Part shown: one piece after another, positions 36,296 to 48,408 of the stretch
How the letters are laid out: every line of letters begins with the position of its first letter
Numbering within the stretch: the stretch's first letter is position 1
DNA from: Mobula birostris
Lineage: Eukaryota
Length of the DNA: 64,000 nucleotides
Reading direction: 5' to 3'
Assembly (NCBI RefSeq): GCF_030028105.1
Contig: NC_092371.1
Span: 13,723,884 to 13,787,883, forward strand
The notes under the pieces: generated by a model
What the model was told of the DNA's origin: nothing
Database searches by the model: none
Seen by the model: the letters and a program-made list of their open reading frames with translations, nothing else
Program-made: the position numbers and the translations under genes

Positions 36296-36788
36296 CTCTT
36301 GTAATTTAAATTGTGTGGGAGGAAATAATTCTAAGACCCACTGGGCCTATTGCTTCTGTACTTGAAGTATGAACAATACTGCTTTGTGCATCACTTGCCT
36401 TTGTGATTTGTACTGACTTGATTTGTCAGTAGTTGTGTCCTCAGCAGCATGAAATGCGGGGAGCGATCCACAGTGGTACATGTCTTGGGTTAAACGTGAG
36501 ATTAGAATTTTTTTTTTTTTTTGCACATTCATTGTTGAAATTATGATTTGGCTCACTGCCCTATGCCATTTTGGTGCTCCTTAACCACCACCACCACCTG
36601 TCACCCTTGTTTTCATAAATCCATCTCTTGACTCAACCACCTATCAGAATAAGTGGCACCTCTTTTGCTTTCAGCCAGCATTAATGCCAGTTACTAGGTC
36701 TTTTCTGAAACTTTGAATTTAAATGGTAAATTTGAACTTGCCTGCATGTAGACAATTTGTACCTCAATGTGTGCTGCTTGTTTTTCAG

Positions 36789-36969
36789 GGCATGTGGTGC
36801 TCGTATTGTTAGCCGCACAGATGAGTTGCATGAGGATGATATTGGCACTGGTGCGGGTCTGTTTGAGGTCAAGAAGATAGGTGATGAGTACTTTGCGTTC
36901 ATCACTGAATGCAAAGACCCCAAAGCTTGCACCATCCTCCTGCGTGGAGCAAGCAAGGACATTCTGGCG
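36789..36969 (+). CDS. CCT3: CCT3 exon 11, ACGARIVSRTDEL...KDPKACTILLRGASKDILA
   Basis: TTTCAG/GTAAGC; 181 nt; homology. Confidence 0.96.
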
Positions 36970-37320
36970 GTAAGCAAGTGTTCTGCACGCATATGTTCTC
37001 TGACAGGTGTTGATGTGAAGTTGCAGATAGGGTTTGTGTTTGAAGTGGAAACCGCATGTTTAGTGTAGTGGTTAGTGTAATGATATTACAACCTGAGTTC
37101 AATTCCCATTGCTGATTGTAAGGAATTTGTACGCTCTCCCTGTGACCACTTGGGTTTCCTCCAGGTGCTCAGGTTTCCTCTCACAGTCCAAAGATGTGTA
37201 GATTAGTAGGTTAATTGTTCACACTGGTGTAATGTGGAGCACAGGCTTGTTGTGCTGGAAGGGCCTGTGACCACTCTGTGTATCTAAATCTTATCACAAA
37301 TAAATAGAAATAATAACTGA

Positions 37321-37933
37321 ACACGAGGAACTCAGCAGATGCTGCAAATTCAAGCAACACACATCAAATTTGCTGGTGAACGCAGTAGGCCAGGCAGCAT
37401 CTCTAGAAAGAGGTACAGTCGATGTTTCGGGCTGAGACCCTTTGTCAGGACTAACTGAAGGAAGAGCTAGTAGATTTGAGAGAGGGAGGGGGAGATCCAA
37501 AATGATAGGAGAAGACAGGAGGGGGAGGGATGGAGCCAAGAGCTGGACAGGTGATTGGCAAAAGGGATATGAGAGGATCATGGGACAGGAGGCCCAGGGA
37601 GAAGGAAAAGGGGGAGGGGGGAAAATCCCAGAGGATGGGCAAGGGGTATGGTGAGAGGGACAGAGGGAGAAAAAGGAGAGAGAGAAAGAATGTGTGTATA
37701 TAAAAAAAATAATGGAAGGGATACGAGGGGGAGGTGGGGCATTAGCGGAAGTTAGAGAAGTCAGTGTTCATGTCATCGGGTTGGAGGCTACCCAGACAGA
37801 ATATAAGGTGTTGTTCCTCCAGCCTGAGTGTGGCTTCATCTTGACAGTAGAGGAGGCCGTGGATAGACATGTCAGAATGGGAATGGGATGTGGAATTAAA
37901 ATATGTGGCCACTGGGAGATCCTGCTTTCTCTG
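37321..37933 (-). mobile_element. Penelope 3' end (GIY-YIG C-terminus + terminal repeat with decayed hammerhead)
   Basis: QRKQDLPVATYFN...EEQHLIFCLGSLQPD matches 8150-8476. Confidence 0.85.
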
Positions 37934-39102
37934 CCGGTACCGGGCCGCAAAGCATGTGCTACCGGGCCGCAAGGAAACGATATGATTTAGCGATAGGAGT
38001 CAGTTGCACCTTTCCTCATTCCCTGTCACGCACTGTTGAGCCATTACGCATGCGAGGTCATTAGCCGCGTGTCGTCCATGTCAGTGCGGGAAGAAGATCA
38101 ACTCCTCGAGCTTGCAAATGACGGCGGGATGAAAAGTATGTTTGACATAACATCTCTGCCGGCATCCTGGATCAAAGTCAAGGCGAAATATCCTGAGATA
38201 GCCACGAAAGCACTGAAAACGTTGCTTCCATTTCCAACATACCTCTGCAATGAATGCAACGAAAACTAAATTGCGGACTAGACTGGACATAAGGAACCCC
38301 CTTCGAGTATCGCTGTCTCCCTTCACCCCTCGATAGTTCAGTCTTGTTGCAGGGAAACAAGCCTAGGGTTCCCACTGATTCAGCGATACTGGTGTGTTGC
38401 AATGATTTTATATATTCATACGGGGAAAATATGCGCTGTGTTTAATATCCAAACATTACTTAAAATGTTATGATGCTATTGACTTATATAACCGTATAAC
38501 AATTACAGCACGGAAACAGGCCATATCAGCCCTTCTAGTCTGTGCCGAACGCTACTCTCGCCTAGTCCCGCCGACCTGCACTCAACCCATCCGTTCCCTT
38601 CCTGTCCATATACCTATTCAATTTTTCTTTAAATGATAATATTGAACCTGCCTCTACCACTTCTACTGGAAGTTTGTTCAACACTTACTTCAAGCTCCCC
38701 TGTCCTCCCCTGATAATTATCACTATATTAATGCAAGGAAGATATGCGCTGTGTTTAATATTAAATTTGAAAGATAAACCCTTTTAGAAATGAAATTGAG
38801 TGTATTAGCCACTTACCACCAACATTCCGGTCGCGATTAACACCCCCCACCCCCGAACAGAATCGCCAGAAAGGATTTGCAGAGAGAAAAAACCGGCAGG
38901 TTACGATGCGCATGCGCACTGGTGCCCGCGCAAGGCTTCATGGTCACTGTAGTCTTTCTCTAGGTAAACACAACATATTTGACTGCTAATCTTGTCCATT
39001 GGCAACCCTACCCCCCCCCCCCCCCCCCCCGGGTTGGCTGGTCCACAAGAATATTGTCAATATTAAACCGGTCCGCAGTGCAAAAAGGGTTGGGGACCCC
39101 TG
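37934..39102 (+). mobile_element. Non-autonomous hAT-Charlie element with transposase dimerisation-domain remnant, left end missing
   Basis: WIKVKAKYPEIATKALKTLLPFPTYLC; right TIR GGTTGGGGACCCCTG followed by GACTAGAT. Confidence 0.8.
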
Positions 39103-39643
39103 GACTAGATAAGCTTAAGGACCTGTTTCTGTGGTGTAGTGCTCTGACTTTGGGGTGTACAAATCTGGAACAGGAGGATGGGATGATGAGAGGTACAGGG
39201 ATCTGCATGTGGTTAGGGGTCTGGGCGGATCTAAAGTTTAAGTATCGTGGTGTGGGGCAGCCAGTGAGGATCGTGATTTACGGTTCTGTTGTCATAGTTA
39301 TACAGTACTACAGCACAGAAACATGCCCTTTCGCCCATCTAATCCTTGCCAAACTCTTATTCTGCCTAGTCGCATTGACTATACCCCACTCATCCATGTA
39401 TTTATCTAAACTTCTCGTAAATGTTTCAATCTAACCCACATCCACAACTTCCACTGGCAGTTCGTTCCACATACTGGCTACCACCTGAGTGAAGAAGTTC
39501 CTCCTCAGGTTCCCCTTAAATATTTCACCTTTCACCCTTAACCTAAGCCTCTAATTCTAGTTTTACCCAACATCAGTGGAAAAAGCTTGCTTGCATTTAT
39601 CCTATCTGTGTATGTGTTGGCTGAATGTCGGCTTCTGTTTCAG

Positions 39644-39889
39644 GAGGTGGAGCGTAACCTGCAGGACGCCATGCAGGTCACTCGCAATGTGCTGTTGGAC
39701 CCGCGACTAGTGCCCGGTGGTGGGGCGGTGGAAATGGCCGTGGCGCACAAACTGATAGAGAAGTCTAAAACCATGACGGGAGTGCAGCAATGGCCCTATC
39801 GTGCAGTGGCAAACGCTCTAGAGGTCATCCCCAGGACACTCATCCAGAACTGTGGGGCAAGCACCATCCGCTTGCTCACCTCGCTTCGG
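39644..39889 (+). CDS. CCT3: CCT3 exon 12, EVERNLQDAMQV...VPGGGAVEMAVA...IRLLTSLR
   Basis: TTTCAG/GTAAGG; 246 nt; PGGG motif. Confidence 0.97.
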
Positions 39890-40397
39890 GTAAGGAGCAC
39901 CAGTGTGATGATCCCTACCATTGACTTACTGCCAATACACTTGTGCACAGGGATACCTGCCTGCCTAGTTCCACACTTGTCTCTGCTGCTCCTGTAATGT
40001 CATTTGAAGTGTAATGGGGAGTCACTGCCTGTGCTGCTTAGTAGCTCTAATTCTGCATATGTCTCCACTGGTTTCCCCTCTCATTTTGGCCTCTTCCATG
40101 CACCTGACTCTTCGCCATGGGCTGTCTGATTCTTGCAACCTGCTGTTGTATCACTGCACAGAGATTGAGGAAAATAAAGGTTCTTCCTGTCTCTGCCTTT
40201 CAGTTTTTACCCTGGAGAAATGTGTCTGCATTCTGAAAAATAGTTTTTATTTCTGTTCACTTTCCTGAAGCACGAGATTATGTGCAACCTGGCACAAAAT
40301 AACCTGCTCATCTTTCTTCCCCATCCTTCCTTGTGATTGCCCTATGTTTGGCTGCATCTGGCACCATATTGACTGTTGAATCTCCATATCTCTGCAG

Positions 40398-40529
40398 GCA
40401 AAGCACACGCAGGAAGGCTGCCAGACCTGGGGAGTCAATGGAGAGACCGGAACTTTGGCTGACATGAAGGAGCTCGGCATCTGGGAACCACTGACGGTCA
40501 AATCACAGACTTTCAAAACTGCAGTGGAG
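40398..40529 (+). CDS. CCT3: CCT3 exon 13, AKHTQEGCQTWGVNGETGTLADMKELGIWEPLTVKSQTFKTAVE
   Basis: CTGCAG/GTGAGT; 132 nt; homology. Confidence 0.96.
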
Positions 40530-41346
40530 GTGAGTGCCCAGAAGGCAGGGAGGGCTTCCCTGTGAGGGAGAGAGTAACGTTACTTTTTTTTTTTGGCTCT
40601 TCGTACCAGTTTAGAACTGTTTTTCCCTTATGTTCCAATTTTGTCAGCAGTCACAAAACAAAGAAACAACGGAACCCATTTTTAGAAGAAACAACAGAGG
40701 CCGTCAAACACCTAATGTGTTTGTGGGGGGAGGAAAATAAATCATGCAAATAAAAAAAGTAGACAAATAACATGCAGAAAGTGAACTGCACAGAGCCAGT
40801 TCAGCACTGAGGTGAGCTGAATACTGACTTGTCCTTTGCCCCCTGTTTTTAATCTGACGGTGCTTAAATTGGCCAAAAAATAGGTTTGTTCATTCCAACA
40901 CTGTGGCTCCGACCTACCGTAGTTGACTGACTGTCCCTGTTTATTTCTTGCATCTTTGATCTCCTTTTCCTGGGCAGTGTGATGATGGATTCCCCTCTGT
41001 TTTTGACAAATCATTTACAGTTGTCTAACAAGACACATTCTGCCTGGGGATGATCCTCAGTGTCATATTGTGGCCACTTTAGTTCTCCAGCCCTCCTGCG
41101 CTGTTACAATGAGCTTGAGGATCAGGGACTCATTGTCTCGCTCTTTAGGGCCATATCAAATTCTGAAATTCATGGTGAATTGGATAATGCTGGGAAGGAC
41201 TCCCTCCTAAAGGGAGTTCTACTGTTTGCCAGTTGGATAAACGGGTATTGTTACTGGGGTTGGTAATGTTGGGGGTGGAGGGGTTGGCATGGTATCACTG
41301 CCTGTTTGTGCTCAGCCCCCTCACCTGCGCTCATCTCCACCCGCAG

Positions 41347-41439
41347 ACTGCCATCCTGCTTCTGCGCATTGACGACATCGTGTCCGGCCACAAGAGCAAG
41401 AAGGAAAGCAATCAGGGAGGTGAAGGAGATGCTGCGTAG
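41347..41439 (+). CDS. CCT3: CCT3 exon 14 (terminal), TAILLLRIDDIVSGHKSKKESNQGGEGDAA*
   Basis: CCGCAG acceptor; LLRIDDIV motif; TAG stop; the 14 exons sum to 1623 nt in frame. Confidence 0.96.
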   Translation, partial: TAILLLRIDDIVSGHKSKKESNQGGEGDAA

Positions 41440-41638
41440 GTTCAGCCTGCAGGGACCGGTGCCGAGCAGCCCACCCTCTACATACTGTAACCACACAGGG
41501 AAGAGCCCCTCCCTGGTATTTATTGTTCATCTGTGGGGATGCATTGTGCAGGAGAGCTGGTATTACAGCACTGGCATCTTTCTGTGGTTCAGTGGACACC
41601 AGCTGTAGCTCTTTCGTTTGTTCTGTGCGTTGGAATGG

Positions 41639-41644
41639 AATAAA
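41639..41644 (+). terminator. Probable CCT3 polyadenylation signal AATAAA
   Basis: About 200 nt after the stop, followed by a T/GT-rich tract. Confidence 0.7.
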
Positions 41645-42879
41645 GATTACTGAGTAACATTTGCTTTAAGTGTCTTCCTCTCCTTGGGGTTGGGGGGTCT
41701 TGCGGGAGGAGTGGGGGCTGAGATTGTATACAGCCAAACTTCATGGGAACTGGTGTCCTCTCCTATAGTGCATGTGGATGTAGCACACGGTTGAATACAA
41801 TGGTGTCTGTTTATTTAAAATGTTCCAAGAGGGACATGGAGTGTGGCAACATGGCCTGATCTACACCAGACTCCACTGAAGACAGACAAATCTCGCATCT
41901 CGATAAAGACTAAAATCTGATTCTGAACCTACTCGTGTGTTTTGTGAAATTTGTTTTGCAGCTGCAGTACATCAAAGTAAATATTTATCAAGGGCTGCTC
42001 CCTTGACTCTCTGATGCTGAACACTCTCAAACAGTTCCTTGGTCTTACTGATGTGTAGCTGTTGCAACATCGCTCAACCAACTGATTAATCTCACTCCAT
42101 TTGTTTCATTGTGAGTTCTCTGTTGTTGAGCTCCAGATGAACCAGAATGGATTACAGTTTAATCCTGTCTCATTACAACAGAGCTTGTTAGTTCCATAGC
42201 ACCAGAGTACAGTCTCCCAGCTTATCCTCTGCACCTACTATTGTCACAGATTTATCTGCATAAAAATACCAAACTTTACAAACCCGGTGGGAAAACGTTG
42301 ATCCTCCAGTCCCTTTAAAATCTTACCCCTTTCACCTTAAGCCTTTGCCCTCAACTTTTGCACACTCCTCCATGGGGGGAGGGAAAGAACTGTCAACATA
42401 CATAGTGATCTTACAAATGTCTACGTGGTCAGCCTCCTATGCTTGCAATGGGAGGAAGCATAGCATATCCTTGTAACTCAAGTCCTCTGGTTCTCAAGCA
42501 TGCTTGTGAATCTTCTCTGCACTCTTAATTGTTGTACAACCTTACCATAATTGGGCAACTAGAACTGCACACTGTATTTCAATACTGGTCTCACCAATGT
42601 CTTGCACCCAGAATCAGGTTTATTGCTACTTTTCTATGATGTGACATTTGTAATTTTTCCAGCAGCAATACAGTGCAAAGATATAAACTTGTACATTTCA
42701 AAATAAATACTATAGTGCAAAAAAGGAATGAGACAGTTTGTGAGTTCATAGATACTACATGCACCTAGTCCATAGCTCTCCATGCCTCTGTCATCCACGT
42801 ACATATCTATCCAAACTTCTCAAGTGTTACCATTTCCAAGATTGGTCTTGCTAATCTCTTGTAGCCAAGTGAACTGAGA

Positions 42880-43465
42880 ATGAGTTGCCCCTGGTATTGC
42901 TTCCTCTACATTGGATGTGGGGGGGAGTTTCATCAAGCACCTTTTCTCCTAACGCAAAGGTGGAATCTTCCTGTGACCATCCATTTTAATTCTACTTCAT
43001 CCTCACTCTGATATCTACTGTCATAATGGGATTGCACCTCAGGTTAAAGTAGAATATCACATTACATCTGGGTAGCTTCAAGTAATTTCTCCCTCATTTT
43101 TTTTTCCCATTTCCCCATCCTGGTTCCCCTCACTACTTCTCAACTATCCATCACCTTCCTATGGTTCCCTGCCTCCTCCCCTTTCTCCTATGGTCCACTG
43201 TCCTATTGGGTTTCTTCAACCTTTATCTCTACGTCCCGTCACCTCCCAACGTTTTACTTCATTCCTCTCGGACCACCCACCTCTTATTTACCTGACCTCA
43301 CCTATCACCTGTCATCTTGTACTCCTCTCATGTTTCTGTATTGTTATAGTATATAGTTAAATGACAATAAACTTGACTTACTCTGGCTTCTTCTCCCTTC
43401 CTTTCCTGTGGTGATGAACAGCCTATGCCCGAAACGGTGACTGCTCATTCCATAGCTGCTTCCTG
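42880..43465 (+). mobile_element. Old Penelope 3' fragment upstream of GLMP
   Basis: GIY-YIG-like remnant and hammerhead-like GTGATGA...GAAAC. Confidence 0.6.
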
Positions 43466-43749
43466 TTATGAGTAGTCTCTTTCTCAGGGTAGAAATACCA
43501 AATACTAGAGGGCAGAGCTTTAAGATGTGAGGTGGGGGAATTTTTATTTAACACTGTGGTAGGTGCCTACAACACGCTGCTAGTGGTGGTGCTGGAAGCA
43601 GCTAAGATAGTGGATTGGATCATATGCAGACAGATGGGATGTTTTATTTGGTATCTCAGTCGCTACAGAGGTTGTGGCCCAAGGGCCTCTTCCTGTACTG
43701 TATTGGTCTAACAAGCACCGACTGCAGTGGGTTAAATTGAAAGTTCCCT

Positions 43750-43832
43750 GGCCGGTCCCTTTAAGAGCGGGAGAGGCGGTGTTGCTACGCCTAGAAGGGG
43801 GCGGAAGTCAGCTGATGGGGCATGTTACAGAC
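43750..43832 (+). promoter_or_regulatory. GLMP promoter: GC box/ETS (GGGGCGGAAGT) and E-box GTCAGCTGAT
   Basis: Motifs directly upstream of the ATG in a small CpG-rich island. Confidence 0.55.
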
Positions 43833-43919
43833 ATGGCGGCAGTATCGTTACTGCTCTCTTCCTGGCTGCTCGCCTTGGGTTCGGGCTCGCTACTGCGCGA
43901 TGATTCCTTCCGCAGACAG
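43833..43919 (+). CDS. GLMP: GLMP exon 1, signal peptide MAAVSLLLSSWLLALGSGSLLRDDSFRRQ (in-frame upstream ATG at 43815)
   Basis: Kozak-like ACATGG, hydrophobic signal peptide, CAG/GTAAAG donor, CpG-rich context. Confidence 0.8.
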
Positions 43920-44607
43920 GTAAAGGGGTCCGGCTGTTTCCACGGTCCACACTGTGCCCACGATGTAAAGAGAAAGTTTGTGCCGTGTGACCTGCAGTTC
44001 GCAATAATTTAGTACGTCTGCCTGTCCACTCGGGCACCGGTCTCTTTACCAGGGTTGGCGTGAGTCTGTGTCTCCACTTCTACTTTACTACGGAATTCCC
44101 CGTTCCTGTGCACCAGGTGCTGGCTTGTTGCTGGATGTGATTCTGTGTGTCCCTGTCGAGGGGAGGTGGGCAGGGAAATGTGAGATACCCAGCGCTGCCA
44201 CCTGGTAGGGAGATTGGAAGGGCTGTCATTCACTGAGCCAGCATTTATCGCCTGGTCGCTCCCCGAGAGGGGGTGATGGTCGTGAGTTGCGGTCCTTGAG
44301 GTGTAAATGTTATGGAGGGAGTACCAGGTTTTTGACCCAGTGGCCGTGAGGAACGGTGACGTATTCCCATGTCAGCACTTGGATGTAATTACTGAGGCTT
44401 TATAAGGTGTTGGTCAGACCGCGCCTGGGGAGTATAGTGAGCAGTTTGGGGCCCCATTTTCAAAGATCTGCTAGCATTGGAGAGGGCCCCAAGGAGGTTC
44501 ACAAAAATTAATCTCGGGAATGAAAGGGTTAACGTAGGCTGATAACGTCAATATTTTCAATATTTTGAGTTTGACAATCTACATTGCTACATATCTACAG
44601 TGGGAGA

Positions 44608-45123
44608 TACATTTAGTGGCCACTTTACACCTTGTTAATAATATTTAATCAGTCAATCATGTGGCAGCATCTCAATGCATAAAAGCATGTAGGCATGGTC
44701 AAGAGGTTCAGTTGTTGTTCAGACCAAACATCAGAACTGGGAAGTTATTTTCACTGTGGAATGGTTGTTGGTGCCAGATTGGGTGGTTTGAGTATCTCGG
44801 CAACTGCTGACCTGGGATTTTCACACACAACAGTCTCTAGAGTTTACAGAGAATTGTGTAAAAAAAAAATCCAGTGAGTAGGAACTCTGTGGGTGAAAGC
44901 ACCTTGTTAATGAGAGAGGTCAGAGGAGAATGGCCAGACTGGTTCAAGCTGGCAGGAAGGCAACTGTAACTCAAACAACCGTGTGTTACAGAAAGCATCT
45001 CTGAACACACAACACATCAAACCTTAAAGTGGGTGGGCTACAGCAGCAGAAAACCATGGGCATACACTCAGTGGCCACTTTATTAGGTACAGGAGATACT
45101 GAATGTAGTAGCCACTGAATGTA
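44608..45123. mobile_element. Non-autonomous Tc1/mariner-type element (opposite-orientation copy ~58564-59020)
   Basis: CAGTGGCCACTTTATTAGGTA-type termini; ORFs 44695-44877 and 58762-58986 are homologous. Confidence 0.7.
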
Positions 45124-48100
45124 TATATCTACAGTGGGAAACATCTGACACATGACACACATTACTAAGTAAACCACACAGATGGTCTATAAGCTGGGGA
45201 TAGAGATCCTAGGCACCGACTTAATGTGTCAGGCTGACCTGCTGAATTTACAACTATCCCAACTATTGATTAGCTATATCTGTGACCATGTTTGATGTGT
45301 TAAGTGACAACATCAGAGTGGTTTGCAAACGTCCTTGAAGTCGGTCACAATGGTGCAAAACAACTCAGTTCAATGTGGGCTAACCGCATTGTCTAACATT
45401 TGGCTGATGCATATGAGGACTTCACTTTGGTAGCACAGTTAGCATAACGCTTTACAGTGCTTAAAAAAGTGCCCCTGGTAAGGTAGTGGTTATTCAAATG
45501 CTCTCCAGTGCCACTGAGTCAGTTCAATTCCCATCATTGTCTGTAAGGAGTTTGTACATTCTCCCTGTGACTCTGTGAATTTCCTCTAGGTGCTCTGGTT
45601 TTGACCCACGTTCCCAAGGCTTACAGGTTAGGGTTAATTAAACGTTGGACACTTGTGGGCTGCCGCCAGCACACCCTTGGCATCTGTTTGTCGTTGACGA
45701 AAAAGATGCATTTCATTGCGTGTTTCAAGGTACACATGACAAAGCTGGCCTAGTATCTCTAAAACAATAGACCAGTAGCCTGTGCTCTGTAAAAAAAAAA
45801 AGTTGTGTGCAAAGCCGTCCTCCTAACTTTGAACTGATTACTGTGTGAAATTTACATTAGCAACTGAAGACTGGTTCTCGTTTGAAAGAATAGCTGCTAT
45901 ATTCCCAGAATGTCAAAACTCCCGAGTGATTTCGATGAGGTGGGGGTTGAGCTGGTGCCACTGGAGATGTTCCATCCTGCCAGTGTGGGGGCGGCAAAGT
46001 CTCAGCAGGAACGAGCAGTGTTCCCCCTCACCTACTGTAAACCCGAGGCCATCCCAGAGCCTAGGCTTGTGTTGGACACGCATTGCCCCATTCTCCTGTG
46101 GCTCCCTGGCACCACTGGCTCAGGCAGGAGGAAGGGCTTCCATTGTCTTATTTCTGTGGTCGGCATTGGAACGGATCTGAAATGAGGAAGTTTTTTTTTA
46201 AATCCACAAAAGTAGGACTGCTGACTAACAGATCAGTGAGATAATGTTAACGCATCAATATCTGAGACCTAACCCCAGCAAAGTCACGGGGTATGGGATC
46301 TGGGTAAACCTGGCTGCATGGATTCAGAATTGGCTTGCCCGTGGAAGGCAGAGGGTGGTTGTAGATGGAGTGTGGACACTGGTGACCAGTGATCGTTAAG
46401 CTGTGGTGGAGAAAGAATCTAGAGAACGTAAGAGCTGGGATGGTATGTTGTACCTGGCATGGTAGTGCAGCAGCTGGCGTAACGCTTTTAGGGCGATCTA
46501 GGTTCGATTCCCGCTGTTGACTGTAGGGAATTTGTATGTTTTCCTGTGTGTGTGTGTTCCCCCCACATTCCATTGGGTTAGGGTTAGTAAGTTGTGGGCA
46601 TGCTATGTTGGCACTGAAACTTGTAGGCTGCCCCCTGCACAGCCTCAGACTGTAATGGTGCATTTCACTGTATGTTTTGATGTTTATGTGACATATGAAG
46701 CTCATCTCTTGAAAGGCTCCACGGCGCTAAGGGAGGTAAGTACTGACCTTTGGCATGGTGGTAAACAAGACTGAACAAGTGGGCCTTAGCACAGTGATAG
46801 GATAATAAGAGAGCAGTTTAGCAGAAGTTGGAAGATTCAGTCTTCATTGCAGCAGGGTCCAAAGTGCCGAGACAAGATAAGATATCTCTTTTCCAGATTA
46901 CATTGAGCAGTGGGAGGAAACAATGAACTGAAAATTCAGGAGTGACCCTCAGAAATATTTGTACACACAGGCTAAAGGGTTTGGGTCTCCACCCAAGTGA
47001 AATTCAGGTTTCAAGTGTATTTGCTGGTAATTTTTGGGATGTTGGGGTTGTCTGGAATCACCCTTTGGTTCTCTCCTGTGAGAGGGTGGGAGGTGGTTGG
47101 GGTTGAACCACTACCTTGAAAGAGTGTGGTCTTTCTGGTGAAGGTGGTACTGTTGGGGAGGGTGCTCCAGGGTTTAGACCCCGTGTCCGTAAGACATAGT
47201 AATGGAATTAGGCCACTCAGTCCATCGAGTCTGCTGCACCATTCCACCATGGCTGATTTATTATCCCTCTCAACCCTATTCTCCTGCCTTCTCCCCGTAA
47301 CCTTTAACACCCTGACTAACCAAGAACCTACCAAACTCTGCTCTAAATTACCGGATAACTTTGCCTCTACAGCCACCTGTGGCAACAAGTTCCACAGATT
47401 CACCACCCTCTAGCTAACTAAATTCCTCCATGCGCCGGCACTAAATGGACGTCCTTCTATTCTGAGGCTGCGCCCTCTGGTCCTAGACTCAACCACTACG
47501 GGAAAGATACTTTATACTTTATTGTCGCCAAACAATTGATACTAGAATGTACAATCACCATAGCGATATTTGATTCTGTGCTTCCCGCTCCCTGGATTAC
47601 AAATCGACAGTAAATATTAAAAGTTTAAAAATCCACTGATCCTCTCCATACCACCATATCTAGGTTTTTCAATATTCAGTGGGTTTCAATGAAATCTTGC
47701 CTCATTTTCCAAACTCGGGCGAGTGTATGCCCAGAGCTGTCAAACGATGTGATGGTGAAAGAACGATAAGGTGTTTCTGAGTGGATGTGCAGTGCAGTCA
47801 TGATTGCGATCTGGTTAGAGCACAGAGCATTCTGCACAGGGACTGCCACTATGGCTCACCACGTATGTGCCTAATTAAACTGACCACGTTTGCCTGTGTA
47901 AGGTCCATACCCCTCCACTCCCTACCTGTTCACGTTCCCTTACACACCACTATTCTGTTTGCGTCCACCACCCCTGGCCGCACATTCCAGGTGCCGTGGG
48001 GCGGCATGGAATGGCAGCATAGCAGATGGCACAGTAGCTTTACGGTGCCAGTGATCACCGAAACGTCAGTGCCCAGGAACTGAAAAGCCTACGCAAAGTG

Positions 48101-48408
48101 GTGGATACAGCCCAGTCCATTACAGGCAAAGCCCCCACCGCCCCCCCCCCCACAATGAGCACAAAAATGAAGTATCCATTGATAAAGTATGTAAAAGGGT
48201 TAACGCATTAGTTAAACAATAGCGGCCTGTTCTTTCTGAGAGGAACTGCTGATGATCAACAGATGTGCTAAGCCATGTTTCTTCTCAGAGTCAGACAGTG
48301 TTTCAAGGTCTGTGTTTCTTTGTGCAGTCGTGCGCAGAGATAAGACTACTCCAGCCTGTTTGTGTATGAGGCCATTATACCTATTCTGTAATTTGTCTCT
48401 CGGTACTG

